Positions 53,600-64,000 of a stretch of 64,000 nucleotides of DNA are shown piece by piece. Position 1 is the first letter of the stretch. Each line of letters begins with the position of its first letter. The notes under the pieces are model-generated. The model saw only the letters and a program-made list of their open reading frames with translations. It had not been told where the DNA came from and did not search any database. A program made the translations under genes and the position numbers. The stretch comes from Stegostoma tigrinum (Eukaryota): the NCBI RefSeq assembly GCF_030684315.1, contig NC_081354.1, forward strand, positions 56,262,259 through 56,326,258. Reading direction: 5' to 3'.

Positions 53600-54780
53600 C
53601 ACTCACTAACTCTGAATTTACTTTCAGCCCCTTGGTATAGCTAGCTTGCATTGCCTTTTACTTAGCACAGAAAGGCAGGCAGTTTGTCATGTTGGGCCAC
53701 ACTGAGAAGTCAATTTAAGTGGGCATGTTGCTGTACATAACTACACTACATCAATGTCTCACTGACAACCTACATGGCAAACACACTGCATGTGCTTCAA
53801 CAACTGGCCACATCTGAAAGTCAAAGGGGACCAGTCCTTTTTCAGTTCAAACAGGACTATGATCAGTCAGGGTGTCTCAACACAGTCAGCCAAGACACTC
53901 ACGTGATTAGAGTTGACAAACAGTGCAACCCACAGAACTCGTTTGGTCTCTCCATGCTCTCGGATCATTGAGAATTTGAATATCCTCAGTCCTGCAGTTC
54001 AAGTCTAACCAGGCTGGGGATTACAGGGTGCTGTGGAGCTGGGCCATGCTCATTTGAGGCTGTCCTCATGAGTCGGTCTGGTGGTTAGGACACAGTCAGA
54101 CCTGGGAATTTAACAGGAACAGTCATCAGTCTTTACACGTGTAATCGATGGATTGGTGAGCAAAGTGGGAAACTCAAGTCTGGAATGGTCTATCTTATGC
54201 TGTGACACTAAGGGACTAATGAGAGTGAAGGGGTGCCTGGGCAGAACCTATTATATCATGGGAGAGCACACGGTACTGTAGGAGTTGGAGGGGTTTGCAA
54301 GTCACCACCAGCCTGGCTTCAATGGAAGGACAGTTGATGACTACTGTGGGCATGTGAACATGGTAAGCCATGGGTTCCAGGGGAAAATTGATGCTATTTC
54401 GAATCAAATAAAAATGCTGTAAGGGTACATGGGGACCCTGAAAGCTGATGGTATTGGTTCAGACAGCAAAATGAAATAGAACATGAATGCTTGGAGCAAA
54501 TCTTGTTAATCATTCAACAGCACAACTGGATAACATGCGATCTTCAACCAAACTTCAGCTGTGTAATATGCAAACAAAATGGATGCTAAAGCATTCACAG
54601 TGGATGGAGTAGGTTTATTTATTTGGGGGTAGCCAGGCATCCATATGTACAGTGAATTTATGTATTTGTCTTGAGACTGCACTTCATGTGCAGCTAATGC
54701 ATCGACCAACGAGGCACATTACAAAGCTTAGCCTCAACCCGTCATGGCCATTCCATTGCTGGTAATGCGGCAGCAGTACA
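53600..54780 (-). mobile_element. Possible very decayed PIF/Harbinger transposase remnant
   Basis: Motif ghosts occur in the expected order on the minus strand: LRLS, VVINC (cf. GxIDC), KFPG (cf. xFPGS), LQD*GYS (cf. LGDxGYP). By-eye match only. Confidence 0.35.
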
Positions 54781-56841
54781 GTAAAGCTTGGGTTAGAGAC
54801 AAATAAAAACTGCAGATGCTGGAATCCAAGGTAGACGAACAGGAGGCTGAAAGAACACAGCAGTCTCGGCTTAGAGAATGGACTTCCCCTGGCCAAATCC
54901 ATCCACTTTGATGACCCTGTCAGCAAAAAGCAGTCTCAGCTTTCCCTTCGGGACCATGTCCTCTGAGAGGCAGTTGTCCAGAATTAAAATCAGCTGCCTC
55001 CAGTCAGACTGATGGCAGTTGGTCTGAACTTTGTAGGATTGCTTCAATAGGTAGTGGCACCCTTTTAGACAGGTAAGGTGTACTCCCAGATTGGGTTCCA
55101 GGCCACTTTTATGGGTGGTTAAGTGTCTATCTGCTAGTTTAATTTAGACATGAAATGTGCATATAAAGGGCATAAACTCGTTGGAACTGTCAAGAGAACC
55201 GTCAAACAGTCAAAATATTAAAATTCCTGCCCTTTCAGTACTTGACAGAAACTGTGGAGCGTTCTTCAAGATTGCTTGCTATTTCACTCCGTTGACACAA
55301 GCTTGAGGGCAGTAATTACATGATTAGTGTTACGTGACTGATTTCACAACTTTTTGTCATCACAAGAGGTCCCTGCCATTTCAGTGTTTGATTGATATTT
55401 CCAAATGGTGCGAAGCTCTTTGAGTGAGATTATGAAATCCCATAATTCCTTTCATTTCCTTTAAACCCTTACAAAAACAATGACTAGGTTTACTGAGAGC
55501 TTTATTTAAGTTGTAAATTTCTCAGTGGGCACTCAACCACTTTATTTCATCTCATCCCAGCATGGGCCTTAAACTTTGCTATTGTGAGTACCAAAGAAGT
55601 TGACATAATAGAAAATAAGGATGAAGGATAGTGGGTGGGTGTCAGTTCCATGAATTGCTACTACATCATCATAGGGGCTACAAAGAGCCATGAATGCTGG
55701 CTAAAGAGCAAAGCGTACAAGGGATCATCAGCTGGAGGGTTTGAGATGAAAAGGGCTGAGTATGGGAAGCGTATGAAGGGATTGCGGAATGTAAGGGCTG
55801 AGGGATTGGGGTTTATTTCATGACTTATTGCTTTTTTTAATAAAAACAATTCAACACAGTGCTCGAGTACATCAGAGACTGCCCTCCACCCAGTCCACCT
55901 CCACACCTGGCAGCCTCATGCCTGAATCCAGGGTCACCCAACACGATTCACAGAAAACCCAATCAACCCAGGCCCAGCAACACTGGAGCACATATGCCTC
56001 GAATTCAGACCTTCACCTTTCTGGTCAGTTTCATGAGGTCTTTAAGAACCCATTCAGAACTAATGATTAAACCGCTCAAAAGCCTGGTAAAACTGGTTCC
56101 TGGTAAAAATGTGTGCTTTACAAAACTTCCAAATGTGTTAAACCACATGATCCCAATTTTCATCAGTAAACAATTTCTCACCCATTTTGTGGAAGAGGCC
56201 TGGAACTCATTTAAATGCTTTCTTGAGAAATACATCAGGTGGCCAAAGTTATGTCCAGGTTTGCCACCTGATTTACTTCTGCCAGTCAGCTGTTTTTCAT
56301 GCATGCAAGTTGAAAAGCTGGGGGTGGTGATTTAAAGAAGTCAATACAAATGTCACCTCTCTTCCTACACAACTCAAGCATGTTAATATCTTCACAATGT
56401 AAAGGGCATGATGCATGTATCAATCAGACAGTAGAAACATCGAGGCTATATTTATATTGCTGATTTATTCACTGCACAGCCAAAAGAAGCATGTCTTCTC
56501 TCTGCATTTTCTTTCCTACTTAAAAATTTTCATCTCCAAATTTCTTGTATACTGTTCATCAATTCCTTGGCCACCAGTGAAAATATGCTCACTGTAACAT
56601 TACCTATAGTTATACGCAATGACTAGGTACTGCTATTTGAGGAATCTACACCAGTTATCTTTTCACCCATGCAAGTAAATAATTATTAAGCAACAACGTA
56701 CAGTATTGCTTACCAAAATAACAATGCTTTATATAACATGTGGGTGTATTATTAAAAATGATAGACAAATATGTACTACATATGCAAGATTTTAACATAT
56801 TTGTTCACCAAATATGATCGCATTTTTCATAAACTGGTTAC

Positions 56842-56931
56842 CTTTGGTAGGGCATACTTTGGTAACTTCATCTGAATAAACTCGCCTCTCCGGTAGGAGA
56901 CATAATACTTGGTCCGATTTTCAGAAGTTGC
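56842..56931 (-). CDS. SORCS2: SORCS2 internal coding exon (90 nt)
   Basis: tttttttaag|GCA ACT...CCA AAG|gtaacc translates ATSENRTKYYVSYRRGEFIQMKLPKYALPK, containing the SORCS-family motif YYVSYRRxxFxxMKLPKYALPK. Phase 0/0. Confidence 0.95.
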
Positions 56932-57702
56932 CTTAAAAAATTGTTCAAAATTGTCAGCAACCAGGTAGTCAATATCAGAATGGAAAAATTAAAAGAAGTA
57001 TAAATATTTACTTGTTATTTAATTAACCACATGAACATTAACATGTATCTAGATCATTGGTAATATTTGGAATGATTTTATTTCTCCCCTGCTTTGATTT
57101 TTGTCCAATGGGTTTTCATCCACATTAGAGCCCTCTAGCCATGGGGACAGACAGACAGACACTTGAATCCAACCTGGTCAGTGTCAATATTCTGAGGTTA
57201 ACTTGCCCTTTGACTTGTCATCCAATTTCTATACAAAATCTTCTATTCTAGGTTGTTGGCCCCTACCCTTAACTGTTGGGATACACAGTATATTATTTTG
57301 GTATTTTCTGATGGAACTTAACTGACCAGATCAGACTTTATTCTCATTCAAGAAATCATTCAAGAAGAAAATTCTTCGCAGTCATAAACCCACATAAGAT
57401 GTTCATGTATAAAACATATTAAAAGAGTATCTAAAATTCACTTTCAATCAAGTATCACATAGCAATTCTTAAAAGGGTAGAAAACTGATACAACGAGAAC
57501 GTTTTTTAAGCATGAGTGGTTGCATAAATCAAAATACAGTAAAGGAATGTAATGTGGGCAAAGAGTAGGAACAAGAAGTTTTAAAAAATGAAATAATGCA
57601 TATACAACAGCATGTTTATTATTGAAACTCAGAACTTAAAGCATACAGAGTTGAAATTGGGAAAATAAAAGTATCAACAAAAAGAAGCACTATTCAAGAT
57701 CA

Positions 57703-57830
57703 GTGATAATGAGAACTGCAGATGCTGGAGAATCCAAGATAACAAAGTGTGGGGCTGGATGAACACAGCAGGCCAAGCAGCATCTCAGGAGCACAAAAGC
57801 TGACGTTTCGGGCCTAACCCTTCATCAGAG
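57703..57830 (-). mobile_element. Solo PLE pLTR end with intact-core hammerhead (57802-57828)
   Basis: Minus strand reads CTGATGAAGGGTTAGGCCCGAAACGTC...ctttgttatc plus the tail. A possible TSD agatca is at 57697-57702 and 57831-57836. Confidence 0.85.
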
Positions 57831-57989
57831 AGATCAATTCAGAAAGTGCTAAATCTTAAGTAGATGCCTCAAAAAGACAGAAAGATTACTTTAATATGGA
57901 ATTTATGGAGCTAAACAGTTTAGATTAAGGTGGGAGAGAAGCCACTGAGGAGAAGACCCAGTGAGTGACAATTAGAATCACTGAGAGGA

Positions 57990-59740
57990 GTTGGTAGAGT
58001 AAGGGCACTTGCAGACAAGCTGACTGATTAATAAATAGGCACACTGCAGTACAGTACCTGATCTATGATTGAGTCTTGGCTGAAAGACAGGCAGGATTGG
58101 AAGCTCAACATTTCTGATTATAGGATGTTCAGATCAGATAGAGAGGGGAACTGTGGGGCTACAATACTGATCAAACAATCAATTTATATCTCTAGTGAGA
58201 AGGGAAGACCTCTTGGAGTGATCATCAAATGAAAAGGTACGACTCAAGGTGAAAAACACAAAAGTGGGCGAGTATGCTGCTGTTTGTGTCCTATAGGCCC
58301 CAGACAAACAGTCAGGGAGCAACAGACATTCAATTATGTAATCAAATTTTAGAGAAGCATAAAAATAATAAAGGTAATAGTCGGGGGTTTTAACTATTCT
58401 AGTATTAATTGGGGTAGTTTTATGGTTCAAGATAGGGAAGGGACAGAATTCTTAAACTGCATAGAGGAGAACCTTTTTAACCAGTACATAGAGAGTACCA
58501 ATAAGAGAGCTAGCAGTTTTAGACTTGATATTCAGAAATGAGCCCAGACAGGTTAAAGACTTATCATTATGGAATGCATTTTGTCTATCATGACTGAGTT
58601 AGATTTAGGATAGTTATATAAAAGTATAAGTATGAGACAGAAAGTAAAAGTTCTTAATGGGGAAATGCTAATTTTACAATGGTATGATTCAGCTCAAGTG
58701 GACTAGAAGCAGGTACTTGCAGACAAACCATGTCAGGGTAGTGGGAGGCATTCGAGGGGCAAGGAGCAAGAGTATGGGGAAAATATGTTCCTGCAAAAGT
58801 AGGACTAAGACTGGAAGATGCTGGATGACAAGGAACATAAATGTTAGGCTTAAGGAAAAAAAGAGAAGCTTATAACAGGTACGAAAGGTTCGATGTGGCA
58901 AAGTCCCCAAAGGAGTGTTAAAAAGTGCAGGGAAAGCTTAACGGGCATTAGAAAAGCTAAGCGTGAACATGATAAAACATTGGCAGGTGAAATAAAGGAA
59001 AATCTGTAGGGTATTTCAGAAAATATACAAAGAGCAAAGGAATAACTAGGCATAGAGAACGTAGCAGTAATGTGTGTGTGGAGCCAGAAGGCATGGGCAC
59101 TTCTCACAAGAAGTACTTAGGCTAATCTTCACATTAAAAAAGGATGGTATTATAAAAAATTAACAACGGGTGAGAAGAGGTAATATGAAGTTCAGCAGCC
59201 TTAAAAGTGGATAAATTTGCAGGCCTGTTGTGATGTCCCTTGGGCATCAAGTGAAGTACTGCATGTAGTTCTGGTCATCACATTACTAAAAGGATATGAT
59301 TGCGCCAGAAAGGGTGCAGAGGAGATTTACCACGACGCTGTCTGGGCTGGAGGTCGAGAAACAATTGCATACAAGTGTATAAGATTGTAAGGGGCGAATA
59401 GGAAGGCACTTTTTCCATTAGTAGAGGGGTCAGTAAGGCACAGTTATAAAGTAAAGATTGAAGGGTTTAGAGGGGCTTTAAGGAAAAGGTTTTACACTAA
59501 GCGATCAGTGGGCATCTAGAACTCGCTGGCTTAAAGGCTGGTGGAGGCAGGAATCCCCTAGCCATTTAAGAAGTAGATGAACACCCGAAATACCATTTCT
59601 CAGTGATGACAAACAGCAAAGCTGTGGGCTAAGGGCTGGAAATTACAATGAGAATTGGTAGATACTTGATGACCAGCATGGACATGATGATCTAAAGGGC
59701 CTCTTTCTGTCTGTGCTGTAGAAACTCTATGGCTTTATGA
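57990..59740 (+). mobile_element. Old CR1 LINE (APE to 3' end, RT largely deleted)
   Basis: ctataggccccag (YRPx), gggggttttaactattct (GGFNYS), ttagacttgatattc (LDLIF), gggtgcagaggagatttac (VQRRF) and a CR1 tail. Confidence 0.75.
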
Positions 59741-61261
59741 CCTGAATACTCATTATACAGTGAAATGAAATAGACATAACCAAGAAATATAAATGAATCA
59801 GAATAAATGTAATTATGAGGAAAATGAATGAAGTCCATTATTGCTCATTAAATAGCCAGCTCTCTAATCTATCAAAATAGTTGCATAGCTCTTAAAATTG
59901 ATTTTGAGCTGAAAAACCAAAAACATCAATCGATCATAAAAGACAGCAATTCCACATAGATTGTGGAAACACCGATCATGGCTAACAAATTAACTCCAGG
60001 GGAGGATACAACATATTACGTAATAAATGGCACTGATAAATATTTCTTATACAAGTGTTGGAAAAATATTGCAACTAAGTTAAAACTTTTGCATCTTAAA
60101 AGAAGAAATCAGTATTGAATAAAGAGTTGGCCGAACCAAGAGCACTGCTAATAGGTGGGACCAAATCATTGTGAGCACCAAAACACTCTCAGATATCAAT
60201 CCAAGAATCATTCCTGATTGGAATATTTACAAATGATTCAAGTAAAAGTGTTACAGGCCAGTCGATAAAATAATGCAATATGGAGAAGCTTGATGTTTTA
60301 ATGAAACAAATAAAGATTAATATCAAACAGTGATTAATGATGCTAGCTGTTTAACAAAGTATATTGGTCTTAAAATAATATGTCATTTATAAAAGTTAAA
60401 TTGTAGCCAATACACTTAACAATTTATACTGAGGCTGAATAGATTTGGATATAATCAAGATAATATTTAGGGAAATTCCAGATTTTATATGTCACTAATC
60501 TATGAAGAAAAATTAAAGGGGGAGGCAACAACTTGAGCCGCAAGTGACATCTTGCAGGAGCCAAACCAGATGATTAGTTGGCTTTGTTGATAGGTTGGGA
60601 GGTGTAGCTGAGGAACAAGGTGCAGGGACAACACTGTGCAGGGCCGCACATTAACTGCCTTTACATAATTACTCGTTACTCCCCTCTCGACTGATAGAAA
60701 GTGTATTGACAGTACATACTCCATTCAGTGGTACCTCAAAATTGTAACTGGAGTTCCTATAAACATTGGATCTATAACTGCATTGTACAATCTTAAATGG
60801 ATGGACAAACAGCCTATGTAAAAACACAGGAAGTACATGTGCACTGAAAGCACAGAAATATCCATTTCCACTTATACATTTTTGCCTTTTTTTGATGGAT
60901 TCTATTGAAAACCAGTATTCGAAAGGCTCCTCCACTGGGTTCAGATCCTGGTCATTTAGCTTAAGGGAAGCCTCAGTGTTGCACACTGCTGATCTCAGTG
61001 GAGTTCAGGGCTGTGCAACGCCGCTCTCTGAAGAGTTGGTCTGTCTACTGACCAATATGTGTCGGTTTTATTTAAATTCTGTACTTTCTGCAATAATCAA
61101 TTTACCCAAAGGTGAACACGTCACCTCAATTAAATTTTATTTCAGCTACAAGTAAAGGATGCTTACCCAATCTGTTATAATTGCTGCCTATGCACCTCTT
61201 TTATAATGGAGTCTGTGTACTAATAAGTCATGGAGAATTAATTACTATGTGAATTAATTAC

Positions 61262-61380
61262 CTGAATGAAAATGTAGTCATCATTGACGAGTAATGAATT
61301 CTGATCTATATTTCCAGAGAAATGAGCTTTTAGTGCTTTCTCAGTGCAGTTCACAAGGTGGCAGGTGACATAAAGAAAGC
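61262..61380 (-). CDS. SORCS2: SORCS2 internal coding exon (119 nt), Vps10p beta-propeller
   Basis: Minus strand reads ttttttcacacag|GC TTT CTT...ATT CAG|gtaatt and translates (x)FLYVTCHLVNCTEKALKAHFSGNIDQNSLLVNDDYIFIQ. This resembles recalled SORCS2 FRYVTCAIHNCSEK...IDHGSLTVQDDYIFFK. It ends in phase 0, matching the next exon. Confidence 0.9.
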
Positions 61381-62855
61381 CTGTGTGAAAAAAGATCCAT
61401 ATGTCTCAATAAATAATCACTGCAGAAAATAAAAGTATGACTGTTGCTTTCAAATTTTAAAACCTGCTGTGAAAAGCAGCAAGAGGACAAAATATTTCAA
61501 TTCTGCTTCAAAGTCCTATACTCAGATTACTTCATTATAAATGGGCAACAGACTGATTGATTGTTTTTAGAACCTTGTTTCAACCCTTGTGTTTCAGGAA
61601 AATGGAGAGATGACCTCGTATTCAGTCAGTGAGAAAGCTTCTGATTGATCTCAGATGATACTATTGGTGGATATATTTCTCGCACATAATACAGAAATGA
61701 CCAAGTAATTGTTACCCCTGTAATGAGAAGAAATGGGAGTTTGCATTTCACAGTCTGCATTATCCTGTTATCTAATCTGAAATCCCAAACACACTATCAT
61801 AGACTTCTTCTTTCTCATATAAAGGAATCAGAGATGACAGCATCGTCACAAGTGACTTATAATTAATGGAGACTGTAACTTTATGACAGAGAAATAGCAG
61901 TGCAATATTTCATTGACAGTGTATGTGCACCCAGAGACAAATCTGTCAGTTGGCAGATTTGCTGACTGGATCCTGAAAGGTGTATTATAGATGCAGATCT
62001 CCAGTATGCATAAGTACCCAAACATTTTGCAAACACTGCACTGCATTAATCATTTTCGCTTGCCCAGACTAATAATATTTGTTGTCCATCTACACAAAAT
62101 AATCTGCTCATTGCAATTACCCTAAAAGGCACATTTGGCTTTTCTTTCTGATAATTACAAGTACAACAATATTCATCACTTATGTAATAATTAATCATCA
62201 AATCCATTATTTTTCAGAAATAGCTATAGTTAATAAAAATGCTAATAGCCAAATCAAAACAACTGCCAACCATAATTACCTCAAAAAGATGTACTTTTAG
62301 TTTTAACCTCAATGCAATTTGGGTCATCGTAATTACAATGAAGCTACATTCCTCAATAACCACTTTACTCATTGCAGGACCACATGTAGAAAATAGTGCT
62401 GCTGATTTGTTTAAAGCAACAAAGTAATGAAAATTTCATCGCAGTGGTGTTAAGTAACAGATCACCCGTCAAGTATCCAAACAGTGGAATGTGCTTTTAG
62501 GAACTAATGTTTTCTTTTTAGTGATCCTGTTACAGAATCAAACAACTTTTGGTGGATTGCTGTAACAGAATGAACAAGGTGGGTGAATACCACTCACACA
62601 GTACAAAGACACATCTGCACTATAACCAATATGTTCAGTTGTTTAAAACTCATAAATGTTATCTTTCATTTTCTGGAATAGATTTTCCAAGAATGCTCGG
62701 ATCAGTGGGAACAGGTTAGCAAGTCAGTAATGCTACCAAAAGATAAGCACACAATTCAGAATTACAATGATGGCCAGTACTGGAGGTTGCAGATGCTTAA
62801 ATTCACTTCTTATAGGATGGCTACTTTCAGTGGAACTCAGGAAAGCCAGGAAAGT

Positions 62856-63069
62856 GTTAGTAGGAACTACAGATGCTTGATAATCTGAGATAACAAGGTA
62901 TAGAGCTGGATGAACACAGCAGGCCAAGCAGCATCAGAGGAGCCGTTTTGGGCCTAGACTCTTCTGCATAAAAATTTCTGAAGAAGGGTCTAGGCCCGAA
63001 ACGTCAGTCCTCCTGCTCCTTCGATGTTGCGTGGCCTGCTGTGTTCATCCAACTCTACACCTTGTTATC
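62856..63069. mobile_element. Inverted pair of PLE pLTR ends (hairpin), hammerhead core at 62978-63005 (+)
   Basis: gataacaagg...ggatgaacacagcaggcca pairs with tggcctgctgtgttcatcca...ccttgttatc. The core reads CTGAAGAAGGGTCTAGGCCCGAAACGTC. Confidence 0.85.
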
Positions 63070-63227
63070 GCAAAGCCTCCAGTGAATTGTTTTTGTTTCT
63101 CTATATGTGGCTGCTCATGACAGCAAGGAAGCTCAACTTCAGATTGCAATGAATGACAGTCAGAATATACAGTATTCATTGCTAGATTTTTATACTTGTT
63201 TTCTTTGTACAAATTAATGTTAAGGCT

Positions 63228-63499
63228 CCTTGACCTGTCCGTCTTCCCTGGACTGACCTATGCCCTCCCTACCTCCCCACCTATACTCTCTCCACCTATC
63301 TTCTTTTCTCTCCATCTTCGGTCCGCCTCCCCCTCCCTATTTATTCCAGTTCTCTCTCCCCATCCCCCTCTCTAATGAAGGGTCTAGGCCCGAAACGTCA
63401 GCTTTTGTGCTCCTGAGATGCTACTTGGCCTGCTGTGTTCATCCAGCCTCACATTTTATTATCTTGGAATTCTCCAGCATCTGCAGTTCCCATTATCTC
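63228..63499 (+). mobile_element. 5'-truncated PLE pLTR with 13-bp TSD
   Basis: Near-identical to 16356-16630. TSD taa[t/c]gttaaggct is at 63215-63227 and 63500-63512. The hammerhead core is mutated (CTAATGA) at 63372-63399. Confidence 0.9.
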
Positions 63500-64000
63500 T
63501 AACGTTAAGGCTACTTGTTTCACCAATCACAAAATCCTCCGGTGCATCTATCAGCTCCTCACCATGACTGAGGACAAGGAAACACTTCCTGAGGTGCAGC
63601 TTTTCATCCTTGACCAGACATCTGTGAAATACTGGCGCAGTTATGATATTTTATCACTGATTATCTTTCCTGCTTGCTGCCCTGCACTTTGCAAAATCCA
63701 GAGATGTAGGTGAAATTAGAAATCCAATAGGCAGAAATTAATGTGGAAAGCTCATTTAAACAGGCAGAAAGATAATATGTGGGGCTCCTACATCTTCCCA
63801 CCACTGCCCCTATTATTATTGTGGCATGATGCCAATGAATGCCCCTCTATCCAATTGAGGCATCTAGGTAGGCAGCTAATGTCTACTTAAGGGCCTGATG
63901 TTGCCACAACCGGGCATGGCAGTCATCATGTATGAAGCACAAAATGCAAGCCCTAGCATATTTGATTGCAGGCTTCTGGGGTGGAGTGTGGAGGAGGTAG

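Noticed and set aside
55859-56335. 158-aa plus-strand ORF, possible Harbinger Myb-like partner
   Set aside because: No recognisable motif or splice context.
57120-57200. LF-SINE-like head, also faint matches near 8140 and 60560
   Set aside because: The similarity is too short and degenerate to call without a profile search.

Overview
Eukaryotic (vertebrate) genomic DNA, most likely a cartilaginous fish (shark); the taxon is inferred from the repeat landscape. The whole window lies inside one minus-strand gene, a Vps10p-domain receptor best matching SORCS2. Seven consecutive coding exons (119, 90, 180, 147, 103, 77 and 92 nt, from 61380 down to 4314) splice in frame, and the 77-nt exon needs a non-canonical GC donor. 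The introns are full of retroelements: many CR1 fragments, a Rex1/Babar LINE, an old Ty3/Gypsy provirus with both LTRs, SINEs, and many Penelope-like elements (PLEs, GIY-YIG endonuclease). The most unusual structure is PLE-derived. At least nine copies of a minimal hammerhead-ribozyme motif are present, six in the sense of the SORCS2 pre-mRNA. There is an inverted PLE insertion with an 18-bp TSD and a 34-nt tail, an internally deleted mini-PLE, and a 543/544/544-bp tandem triplication with one hammerhead per unit (retrozyme-like topology). A second, older short-repeat family has the same hammerhead architecture. Almost all entries in the ORF track are spurious or transposon fragments. Family assignments come from recalled motifs, not database searches.
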